Positions 36,613-44,734 of a DNA stretch of 64,000 nt are shown here, piece by piece. The notes beneath the pieces were generated by a model that was not told the DNA's origin, ran no database searches, and saw only the letters and a list, made by a program, of their open reading frames with translations. Each line of letters begins with the position of its first letter. Position 1 is the stretch's first letter. Position numbers and translations under genes: made by a program. The DNA is from an uncultured Thermoplasmatales archaeon (GTDB taxonomy: Archaea > Thermoplasmatota > E2 > DHVEG-1): NCBI GenBank assembly GCA_964627915.1, contig CAZVKY010000002.1, positions 1,727-65,726 of the forward strand, written 5' to 3'.

Positions 36613-39062
36613 TGATTTTTCCCTCCATTGTTCCTTGGAATTGTTAAGGAAATGTGTGCTCCCTCCTCATTGGTAATTTCTATGTGTCCTTTTAGTTGCT
36701 GTATTAACATATTGACCAGTTGTAGACCAAGTGTTTGATTCTGTTGAGGATCAAAAGATTTTGAAAATCCAATTCCATTATCTTTTATACTGATGAGATG
36801 ATCTTTTTTTGATGAAGTTATATTGATGGTTATTATTCCTTTTCGTTGTTGAGGAAATGCATGTTGGATCGCATTTGATACCAGTTCATTGATGATCAGT
36901 CCACAGGAGATTGCTTTTTTAAAACTGATACTGTCTTTATTATTTGAAACGGATATTGAAATTTGTTTATTTGAGGTGTTATATGTTTGTTCTATGTTAT
37001 CTGTGATATTTTTGATATAATCACTAAGGACAATGGTTTTGAAATCATCTGATTGGTAGAGTTGTTCATGGAGAAGCGCCATCAAATAAATTCTATTTTT
37101 TAATTCCGTGTAAAATTTATCATTGTAACATTTTCGCTCATTTTCTTTTTGCAGATCGATGAGACTAGTGATAATCTGTAGATTATTTTTCACTCGATGA
37201 TGGATTTCTTCGATGAGAATTTCTCTTTGTTTAAGAAGTTGAGTTAATGTTTCATGTGTTTTTTTTAATTTTTTTTCAGTGTTTTTTATGGAGCTAATAT
37301 CACGTTGAATAGTAAGATATAACTTGTTTCCATTTAAAGAAATAGTATCAACATCAAGTGAGGCATGATATGTTTCCCCACTTTTCCGTTGAAGTTTTAT
37401 TTCATAATTTCGAAGTGATTTTTTATCTTTGAGAATGGTTTTTAACTTTTCTCGATCTTTTTTGCAGAGATAATGGTTTCTAAAATCAAAATCATCTTTA
37501 CTATAACCCGTGAGTTGTTTCATGGCCGGATTCATATCAATAATGGTACCGTTCTCATCGACAAGACCAATACCAACGGGAGCTGCCTGTATTAATGTTT
37601 GGTATTTTTGTTCTGATTCCCAATATTTTTCTCGAAATCGTTGTTGCTTAGTGATATCTTTAGAAAGCCCAATAATCCCTATTGTTTCCCCATTTTCATC
37701 TTTTAATGGAAGTTTATCGCTTTTTATCCATGCTTCCTCATTTCCATTGGGCAAAGGTTTGACAATGTTGTATTTTGCTTTTCCAGACTTAAGTACTTCC
37801 AGGTCGTCTTTATAGTATTGATCTGCGTATTTTTTAGGAAAGATATCCAAAGCTGTTTTTTCTATCACTTTTTGTTTTGGAATCTTAATTATGGAGCAGA
37901 ATTTTTTGTTTACTTTTGTGTATCGAGCTTTTGTATCTTTGAAATAGATGGCTGATGGAACGGAATCTAAAAGAGTTTGCATATCTTTTTTCTGTTTATC
38001 AATCGTTTTTTTTGCTTTTTTTCTTTCAGTGATGTCACTGATAATAGCCGCGGCTCCAATAATATCATTGGTTTTATCCTTTAATGGATAATAATAAACT
38101 TTTAAATCGCGTTTGCCTTGCTTTGGATAGGTTTTATTCATTTCAAATTTAACTTTTTTCCCTTGAAAACAGGCTGATAGTGCGGGTTTAATTTCACTGA
38201 ATGTTTTACGGCCTAGAATGTTAGATATATGAGTACCTAACACCTCTTCTTCAGTAAGATTATGATATGTTAAAAATGGTTTATTTGCTAGGATATATTC
38301 AAAGTTAGTATTCACTGCCGTAACCATATCCTGAGCATTTTCCACGGCTAGTTTATATGTTGATAGCATTTGTTTTTGTTTCTTTCTTTTTTGATATTCA
38401 TCAGCATGCTCCAAAGTGTTTTTGATATGATTTGCAAAATGTTTCACTGTTGATAAAAAATAGTTACCGAGTTCATTTGAGCCTATTGCTAACGCACCAA
38501 TGATGTCGTTATATTTTTTTAGTGGAGTGATGATGCATTGTTGTCTTTCATCATCATAGCCTAGGAGATGAATAATGGCTTTGCCGATTTGTTTGGGAAG
38601 TAATTCTAATGGAATTTTCTTGGTTGGCACAACAATGGTTTCTTGATCATAAATGACCTTTTTATATGATTCAGATTTAGAAAGGGGTATCCTATATTTT
38701 TTTGTTGTAATTGCGGCGGTTTTTTCTGCCTTTTTCAATCTTTTTTTATTTTCTGTTGTGCCAAAAATAATAAGATGTTTTTTATCTTCTGATAAAAGGA
38801 GAATGGCAAGAGAGTAATTTGAGAGGTTACGGAATTGATCTAATATTTTTTGAAATGTTTCTCTTTGAGAATCCCTATATGATAGTTTCGTTGAGATAGT
38901 TTCTGTAAATTGAATTAAATCGATAAGATCCTGCAATGATTGTGGTGAGGGATTCACGTTATCATTTGTTGATTGAGATGTTTTTTTATTTTCATTTAGA
39001 ACGTTTTGTGCCATTAATGATGATAATTCCATAAGCTCTTCCCCCAGTTTTTCCGCGACCAA
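36609..39062 (-). CDS. multi-sensor histidine kinase (GAF + 3 PAS + HisKA_2 + HATPase)
   Basis: N-terminal GAF-like region, three PAS/PAC segments, HisKA_2-type H-box HHRVKNNLQIITSLIDLQ, ATP-binding blocks (NELVSNAIQHAF, DNGIGF, GLQLV). Co-operonic with the response regulator. Confidence 0.9.
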   Translation of the reverse strand: MVAEKLGEELMELSSLMAQNVLNENKKTSQSTNDNVNPSPQSLQDLIDLIQFTETISTKLSYRDSQRETFQKILDQFRNLSNYSLAILLLSEDKKHLIIFGTTENKKRLKKAEKTAAITTKKYRIPLSKSESYKKVIYDQETIVVPTKKIPLELLPKQIGKAIIHLLGYDDERQQCIITPLKKYNDIIGALAIGSNELGNYFLSTVKHFANHIKNTLEHADEYQKRKKQKQMLSTYKLAVENAQDMVTAVNTNFEYILANKPFLTYHNLTEEEVLGTHISNILGRKTFSEIKPALSACFQGKKVKFEMNKTYPKQGKRDLKVYYYPLKDKTNDIIGAAAIISDITERKKAKKTIDKQKKDMQTLLDSVPSAIYFKDTKARYTKVNKKFCSIIKIPKQKVIEKTALDIFPKKYADQYYKDDLEVLKSGKAKYNIVKPLPNGNEEAWIKSDKLPLKDENGETIGIIGLSKDITKQQRFREKYWESEQKYQTLIQAAPVGIGLVDENGTIIDMNPAMKQLTGYSKDDFDFRNHYLCKKDREKLKTILKDKKSLRNYEIKLQRKSGETYHASLDVDTISLNGNKLYLTIQRDISSIKNTEKKLKKTHETLTQLLKQREILIEEIHHRVKNNLQIITSLIDLQKENERKCYNDKFYTELKNRIYLMALLHEQLYQSDDFKTIVLSDYIKNITDNIEQTYNTSNKQISISVSNNKDSISFKKAISCGLIINELVSNAIQHAFPQQRKGIITINITSSKKDHLISIKDNGIGFSKSFDPQQNQTLGLQLVNMLIQQLKGHIEITNEEGAHISLTIPRNNGGKNQ

Positions 39063-39161
39063 CCATTGATGCTTATGAAAATAAGATTCAAATACTTTTT
39101 TATTTTTTTTAGGTGTTTGATATGAAATTGAAAGTATTTTTTAAAAAATAATTAAGTCTTT

Positions 39162-39183
39162 AAAAAGAGAGGGGGAGGGGGGG
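39162..39183 (-). terminator. terminator-like C-rich tract followed by T5 run downstream of the archaellin-like gene
   Basis: Minus-strand sense reads CCCCCCCTCCCCCTCTCTTTTT starting 23 nt after the stop at 39206. Oligo-T tracts are the usual archaeal termination signal. Also a G5-A-G7 homopolymeric tract on the plus strand. Confidence 0.3.
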
Positions 39184-39205
39184 TTGATGGTAATGAGGAT
39201 TATAT

Positions 39206-40084
39206 TTAAAGTAATGGTATAATCCGATGGGCAAACACTGCGGGGGCGGTGATATCATATACACCTGGGGCTCCTGTTTCTGGTTGTAGTTCACCAGAGA
39301 TACTCTCTCTCGGTGAGAGCCCGCCTTCATCTGTAATTATCGCTGAAAGATTAACGATGACAAAGATTCTATCACCGCTATTCATTCCCTGGGTTGAGGT
39401 TATTGAGTTATCTGGGTCATGGATAGATATCACGCCGAATTTTGTTTTGCTGGATTCACCAATTATTGTTTCATCACTTCCTGGACTAACAGGTGTTTTG
39501 AATACGCTTTTATTGTCTGTGTTAACTGATGCGACGAGATTCTCATCAATGGTGAGAAGTGACAAATTATTACAAAGGGTGGTAAGAGTGCAAAGACTTA
39601 GATCAATGTCGTTTGAACCTGCTCGTGGTCGAACAGTTAAAGCAAGATGGGTGATTTCAGTTTTGTTTGTGTTGGTAAAACCGGTTATATCTGTGATGAC
39701 TAATCCTGCAGAAACCTCTCGAATTGTTTGGGTAGCAACATTTTGTGCTTTTTGCTGAAGGCTTTCACTTGCTTGAATGATGACACTAGCAGCTACAGCT
39801 GCAACAAGAATCATGGCGATGAATACGATGAGTGTTCCTATTCCTACCATGGCTTGATCGTTTTTTTCAATTGATTTTTTGTGTTTTTGACTTGGTTTGA
39901 TAGCAATAATGTTTTCTATTCGTAATGCACCAAAACCTTGATTTGAATCGATGATGACAAAACCTGCCCTGTAGTCCACGCCTTCAAGGATTCCATTGAT
40001 GACTTTGACGTTTTGTTCACCTGGTTCACGTGTCACTATTTTGCTGGGTTGACCGACCAGCTTATCCAAATGTTTTTTTTCCAT
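39206..40084 (-). CDS. archaellin-like protein with ~78-aa N-terminal extension preceding the class III signal peptide
   Basis: Residues 79-110 MVGIGTLIVFIAMILVAAVAASVIIQASESLQQKAQNVATQT are the canonical archaellin N-terminal helix. The C-terminal beta domain is archaellin-like (FGVISIHDPDNS...GDRIFVIVNL). Residues 1-78 (MEKKHLDKLVGQPSKIVTREPGEQNVKVINGILEGVDYRAGFVIIDSNQGFGALRIENIIAIKPSQKHKK) have no in-frame ATG/GTG/TTG within the last 45 codons before the cleavage site. This part is small and beta-rich with weak Sm-like motifs. Confidence 0.7.
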   Translation of the reverse strand: MEKKHLDKLVGQPSKIVTREPGEQNVKVINGILEGVDYRAGFVIIDSNQGFGALRIENIIAIKPSQKHKKSIEKNDQAMVGIGTLIVFIAMILVAAVAASVIIQASESLQQKAQNVATQTIREVSAGLVITDITGFTNTNKTEITHLALTVRPRAGSNDIDLSLCTLTTLCNNLSLLTIDENLVASVNTDNKSVFKTPVSPGSDETIIGESSKTKFGVISIHDPDNSITSTQGMNSGDRIFVIVNLSAIITDEGGLSPRESISGELQPETGAPGVYDITAPAVFAHRIIPLL

Positions 40085-40445
40085 TCCATTTCACCTTCCA
40101 TTCCATTTCACTGCCCGGAAGTTTCTTTCATTCCGGTCAATGTCTTTCGTGTTAATGTTTCTCAAGAAATGGTATTTAAAGATTCAGCGTTTTTTCTTCA
40201 TTTTGAAAAAGTCACAAATTGTTATTTTGTCAGTTTTTTTGAGAAAAGACACAGATAAGATTAGATGCAGTTGTCCATTATGGAAATATAAAAAATGGGT
40301 TCTTCTATTGTTATAGCCTCATCTATCTTTTTGCCATTTTAGCATTTTCTCAACACATAAAGAATTTTTATAGAGGATCTTATTATAAAAATAAAAAGTA
40401 TTTTATATTATTAAATCAACATAAAAAACTGAGGCAACTAATATT

Positions 40446-41069
40446 ATGAAATCCTTAGTATCTTTCACAATGCTTATCATAGCAATAATTGCTGCTACTA
40501 TTATCGTTTCCTCTGCTACGCTTTATGAGGATACACAAACAACTGAAGAAATAACTGAGGAAGACCTTCAAGAAATGATTGAAACCGTTTATGATGATGT
40601 CTCTAGCTATATGAATATAGATGATATCATAGGAAAATTCCACCGGGTTCAACAGGATCGACTGATCAAACAAATTGCTATTCAAATTCACCCTCAATTT
40701 TCAACAAATATCAAACTTTCAGAGCTTATGATTGAGCTATCTAATGGCAATCAAATCATTTTTTTATATCCGAATGGATACTGTGCAGATATTTCTAATG
40801 AAACACTATTCAACCATGGTTTATGGGGGGATTTAGGGAATAGTTCCTTTGGAATTTTAAGTATATTTGATGAGGATAATTCAATGAAGCAGTCCCATCT
40901 GATAAATCAACATTCAGATCGCCTCTTCATCATATTTAATGTACCGCCTTCATTAAAGCTTCAAAGAGGTGATACTATCAAGATAAATCTGTATCCGTCT
41001 ACAGGCGTTAAAAAAGAGCTGGATATAAAGATACCATTTTCGGTTGATCCTGTCCTTAGCCTATGGTAA
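40446..41069 (+). CDS. archaellin-domain membrane protein (FlaF/FlaG-like or minor pilin-like)
   Basis: N-terminal hydrophobic anchor MKSLVSFTMLIIAIIAATIIVSSA. C-terminal region (SFGILSIFDEDNS...RLFIIFNVPPSLKLQRGDTIKINLY) parallels the C-terminal beta-sandwich of the archaellins in this window ([12 protein letters not shown]...[10 protein letters not shown]). Lacks the GIGT archaellin motif. Confidence 0.55.
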   Translation: MKSLVSFTMLIIAIIAATIIVSSATLYEDTQTTEEITEEDLQEMIETVYDDVSSYMNIDDIIGKFHRVQQDRLIKQIAIQIHPQFSTNIKLSELMIELSNGNQIIFLYPNGYCADISNETLFNHGLWGDLGNSSFGILSIFDEDNSMKQSHLINQHSDRLFIIFNVPPSLKLQRGDTIKINLYPSTGVKKELDIKIPFSVDPVLSLW

Positions 41070-41215
41070 TCTTTTTTTTTCATCAGATCTGACTAATAAA
41101 TGCTCCAAAATTTTTTTAAAACAATTGTTCTATACACAATAACTAAACTAGGAAGCAAAATAGATATTTAATTGATAAACTTACCAATCAATTCAATGTT
41201 ACATAAACTAGATGG

Positions 41216-41695
41216 TTGTCAACTATGATGTTGTCGGAGGGAAATGCTATGGCTAACAATGCAATAATTGTCCGGGAAATATTCGATACACTTTACAAAA
41301 TTTCCAGTAGAAAAACAACTGAGGGGTACACCTATTACCTTATGCAATCACTAAAAGAAGACTTGCATGATCAATATCCTTTTTTATCATCATTTCATTT
41401 TGTAGATATAAGATTTAGTGAAGAAGAGACTTTTGTTTATTGGAAAAAAAATGTTGAAAAAATAAAAACTGAGAAGCTTTGTTATGCTCTCAAAGATTAT
41501 ATCCAAAAAGTAAATCAATCACTGGGAAAGAATGCTGGTCCCTTCTTTTTTAAGGAGATTTCATCAAGGATTAGTGACCCTTCAAATGAGATTATGAAAT
41601 CATATGGTGTCGATTTGATGATTATGCAACTTGAATATGAAATTGATACTTTAGAAAAAAGAATTATTAAGACAACTAAAAATCATAAACAATAG
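41216..41695 (+). CDS. hypothetical cytoplasmic protein within archaellum locus
   Basis: 159-aa ORF (MSTMMLSEGNAMANNAIIVREIFDTLYKISSRKTTEGYTYYLMQSLKED...). No recognisable family. Possible start at the internal Met MANNAI. Confidence 0.5.
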   Translation: MSTMMLSEGNAMANNAIIVREIFDTLYKISSRKTTEGYTYYLMQSLKEDLHDQYPFLSSFHFVDIRFSEEETFVYWKKNVEKIKTEKLCYALKDYIQKVNQSLGKNAGPFFFKEISSRISDPSNEIMKSYGVDLMIMQLEYEIDTLEKRIIKTTKNHKQ

Positions 41696-41931
41696 CTTAA
41701 TAGACATTATTTTTGATATAACAAATGTTTTTCTGAAAAATAATATGATATTTTTAAAGGACCCTCTTTCGTTGCATATGTATCTGCATACACTTTAACG
41801 TATGCAAATGCAAATAAACTATAATAACAGGCGGGTCTTATTTGAGGTTGCACTCTAAAAAAATCTCTATAACTTATGCACTCCAATGAAATGATAAAAA
41901 AAATAAATATGAAAAGGTGGGATGCAAAAAA

Positions 41932-42588
41932 ATGAGACGACTATTTAGAGTGTCCAACGAAAAGGATATAGGGGCCATTGGCATAGGAACGATGATTATT
42001 TTTATCGCCATGGTCTTAGTAGCAGGTATAGCAGCATCAGTTCTTATACAGACGAGTTCTCGACTTGAATCACAAGCAATGACTACTGGTGAAGAAACCA
42101 CAGCGGAAGTAGCAACTGGGCTTTCTGTTGAAAGTGTATCCGGATATGCTGCTTCTGGTAGCGATATTTCAAGATTGGCTATAGAGGTCAGACCTCGGTC
42201 GGGATCTAAAGAAATTGATCTTTCTCAGGCCATGGTGGAACTTTCTAATTCAAGTGTTAAACTGGTATTAAGTTATTCAAGTACGGATTTCATTGATACG
42301 GGCAGTATTGGCGCTGATTTGTTTACAGAAACACATTATTCTGGTTTATCTTCATCAGAATTTAGTATTATTGTCTTGGAGGATGCCGATGGTTCTTGCA
42401 CCGCTAGTTCACCAGTAATTAATCGTGGGGATAAAGTATTGCTTACGGTTTATACAAACGCTGGATTTAGTGATATAGCTGAGAGAACTGATATTTGGGG
42501 TTCAGTAATTCCTGAGGAAGGATCAGCAGGAATAATTGCGTTTCGAACTCCGGCATCATACACGGATAATATTATGAGTTTACAATAA
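41932..42588 (+). CDS. flaB: archaellin (flagellin) FlaB/ArlB paralog 1
   Basis: Class III signal peptide [56 protein letters not shown] 41932 is preceded by GGTGGG. C-terminal beta domain with N-x-S/T sequons. Track start 41917 is GTG. Confidence 0.9.
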   Translation: MRRLFRVSNEKDIGAIGIGTMIIFIAMVLVAGIAASVLIQTSSRLESQAMTTGEETTAEVATGLSVESVSGYAASGSDISRLAIEVRPRSGSKEIDLSQAMVELSNSSVKLVLSYSSTDFIDTGSIGADLFTETHYSGLSSSEFSIIVLEDADGSCTASSPVINRGDKVLLTVYTNAGFSDIAERTDIWGSVIPEEGSAGIIAFRTPASYTDNIMSLQ

Positions 42589-42784
42589 GGAGGTTGATAT
42601 GAATGAATAAATTATTAAAATTATTTGGTCGTGATGAATCTGGTGCGATTGGTATTGGTACGATGATTATTTTTATTGCGATGGTGCTTGTTGCGGGTAT
42701 TGCTGCATCTGTTCTTATACAGACCAGTTCTCGACTTGAATCACAGGCAATGACCACTGGACAGGATACAACTGATGAAGTAGC
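42579..42784 (+). repeat. 206-bp segment identical to 43268..43473 (3' end of upstream archaellin gene + RBS + first 61 codons of next archaellin)
   Basis: Direct comparison: TTTACAATAAGGAGGTTGATATGAATGAATAAATTATTAAAA...ACTGATGAAGTAGC is identical in both copies, offset 689 bp. Divergence begins immediately after (AGG vs TAC). Confidence 0.9.
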
Positions 42785-43277
42785 AGGTGGTTTAAGTGTT
42801 GATGATGTGAGTGGACATGTTGAAACTGATATCGATATGCTTGGCATTACGGTGAGAGTTCGTGCTGGTTCTCCAGATATTGATTTGAACCATACCATAA
42901 TTGAGTTGACTGATGGATCTACTAAGGTTCTTTTAACTTATGATTATGCCGGTGAAACCGCAGATCCAGCTGAACATTTTAATGCAAGTATCGATGCTGA
43001 TGCAAATTTGTTTAACACTGGAAATATCAGTAATCTTGAAGATAGTCAATTCGGCATTATTGTCTTGGAAGATCCCGATAGTTCATTGAGTCATTACAAT
43101 CCTGTTATTAACCGTGGGGATAAAGTAGTATTGACTGTCGATACAGCTGCTTGTTTTTCTGAAATCGCTGAACGAACTGAGGTGACTGGTAAGGTTATTC
43201 CAGAGATTGGATCAGCAGGAATTATTTCCTTTACCACACCTGCATCATACTCAGATACAGTCTATGATTTACAATAA
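42603..43277 (+). CDS. flaB: archaellin FlaB/ArlB paralog 2
   Basis: [48 protein letters not shown] 9 nt upstream. Sequons NHT, NAS, NIS. Confidence 0.9.
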   Translation: MNKLLKLFGRDESGAIGIGTMIIFIAMVLVAGIAASVLIQTSSRLESQAMTTGQDTTDEVAGGLSVDDVSGHVETDIDMLGITVRVRAGSPDIDLNHTIIELTDGSTKVLLTYDYAGETADPAEHFNASIDADANLFNTGNISNLEDSQFGIIVLEDPDSSLSHYNPVINRGDKVVLTVDTAACFSEIAERTEVTGKVIPEIGSAGIISFTTPASYSDTVYDLQ

Positions 43278-43473
43278 GGAGGTTGATATGAATGAATAAA
43301 TTATTAAAATTATTTGGTCGTGATGAATCTGGTGCGATTGGTATTGGTACGATGATTATTTTTATTGCGATGGTGCTTGTTGCGGGTATTGCTGCATCTG
43401 TTCTTATACAGACCAGTTCTCGACTTGAATCACAGGCAATGACCACTGGACAGGATACAACTGATGAAGTAGC
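43268..43473 (+). repeat. second copy of the 206-bp archaellin 5' repeat
   Basis: See 42579..42784. Confidence 0.9.
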
Positions 43474-43942
43474 TACGGGTCTTGAGGTAATCGATGTTCT
43501 TGGTCATGTAACTAGCAGCACAATTGACAATATGACTATCACGGTAAGGCCTCGATCTGGATCGAAAGACATTGATCTTTCAACAGCCGTATTGGAACTT
43601 TCAGATGGAACTAACAAATATGTATTAAGCTATGATACAACCCCAATTTTTAATACACCAGCTGCAGCAGGTATTTTTTCAACTGATGTCTTCGATGATT
43701 TAACTGCCTCAGAATTTGGGATTATCGAACTCAAAGATGCTGATAATTCTTGTAGTGGAGCTACTCCAGTGATTAACAGAGGAGATAAAGTTTCGTTGTC
43801 TGTGAATGTGACTGCGACCTTTTCGGGGATTTCAGAAAGAACAGAGATTACTGGAAGGATTGTTCCTGAAGATGGTGCTGCTGGTATTATTTCTTTTAGG
43901 GTGCCAGCATCATTGACTGATGAAGTCTATGATCTTCAATAA
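43292..43942 (+). CDS. flaB: archaellin FlaB/ArlB paralog 3
   Basis: First 60 codons are nucleotide-identical to paralog 2 (part of the 206-bp repeat). Divergent C-terminal beta domain. AAGGAGGT ribosome-binding site. Confidence 0.9.
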   Translation: MNKLLKLFGRDESGAIGIGTMIIFIAMVLVAGIAASVLIQTSSRLESQAMTTGQDTTDEVATGLEVIDVLGHVTSSTIDNMTITVRPRSGSKDIDLSTAVLELSDGTNKYVLSYDTTPIFNTPAAAGIFSTDVFDDLTASEFGIIELKDADNSCSGATPVINRGDKVSLSVNVTATFSGISERTEITGRIVPEDGAAGIISFRVPASLTDEVYDLQ

Positions 43943-44030
43943 AATGAGTTTGGAAGATTTTTTTCTTCCATTTTTTTATTTTTTTTGACCACAGCTTTTT
44001 TATTTGATTATCTGTTATGTTTTATCGTAC

Positions 44031-44696
44031 ATGATGGGATGCAGACGATTGGATGGGTCTAGTTCTATTCTTAATGCTGATTCGGCAGCGATAGGTATAG
44101 GGACAATGATTATTTTTATTGCTATGATCCTTGTTGCCGGTATTGCTGCATCCGTTCTTCTGCAGACCATGGATGGTTTGCAAGGACAAGCCATGAAAAC
44201 TGGGAAAGAAACCATGGATGATATCTCATCTGGTATAAAAGTTACACAGGTGACTGGTTTTCACCATGAAAATAAAATAACTCAAATGGCTCTTTTTCTT
44301 TCACCAATTGCTGGAAGTAGCGATATAGATCTATCGATGATAACAGTTTCAATTTCTGATGCCAATAAAAAAATTATTTTTTCGTATAATCAAAGTTGTT
44401 TTGCAGAGACAGTAACTGATAGTTTGTTTCAGTCAATTGATACAAGTCTTCTTGCATCAAATGAATTTGGATTGGTGGTGATTAGGGATTCAGATCAATC
44501 ATGTTCAGCAGCGAATCCTGTCATTGATACCTATGATATTGTTTCAATTGTAATTAACTCTACAAAAGCATTCTCTGGGCTCTCACCAAGAACCAAGATT
44601 CAGGGAGTAGTATCCCCTGAGATGGGGATGAGTGGAACTGTTCGATTCACCACTCCTGCTTGTTTTCCCGATCGAATCATCCAGCTTCAACCATAA
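44031..44696 (+). CDS. flaB: archaellin FlaB/ArlB paralog 4 (more divergent)
   Basis: [60 protein letters not shown]. Track ORF begins at ATG 44004, which would add MIICYVLSY. Confidence 0.8.
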   Translation: MMGCRRLDGSSSILNADSAAIGIGTMIIFIAMILVAGIAASVLLQTMDGLQGQAMKTGKETMDDISSGIKVTQVTGFHHENKITQMALFLSPIAGSSDIDLSMITVSISDANKKIIFSYNQSCFAETVTDSLFQSIDTSLLASNEFGLVVIRDSDQSCSAANPVIDTYDIVSIVINSTKAFSGLSPRTKIQGVVSPEMGMSGTVRFTTPACFPDRIIQLQP

Positions 44697-44734
44697 TACT
44701 ATTTTTTTGTTAGAGCCCTCTTTTTCGGTGGAGT

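Noticed and set aside
39171-39183. G-tract as a G-quadruplex
   Set aside because: Only two G runs are present (G5 and G7). A canonical quadruplex needs four. Terminator or slippage explanations fit better.
39249-39758. 169-aa plus-strand ORF inside the archaellin-like gene
   Set aside because: It is antisense to a gene with clear archaellin homology. Composition is Ser/Pro/Val-rich and low-complexity with no start context.
41874-44215. Reverse-strand ORFs 41874..42101, 42572..42898, 43231..43446 and 44015..44215, all translating to [23 protein letters not shown]...
   Set aside because: They are antisense to the conserved archaellin N-terminal helix. The recurring peptide simply mirrors the repeated sense sequence, and the sense frames have RBSs and clear homology.
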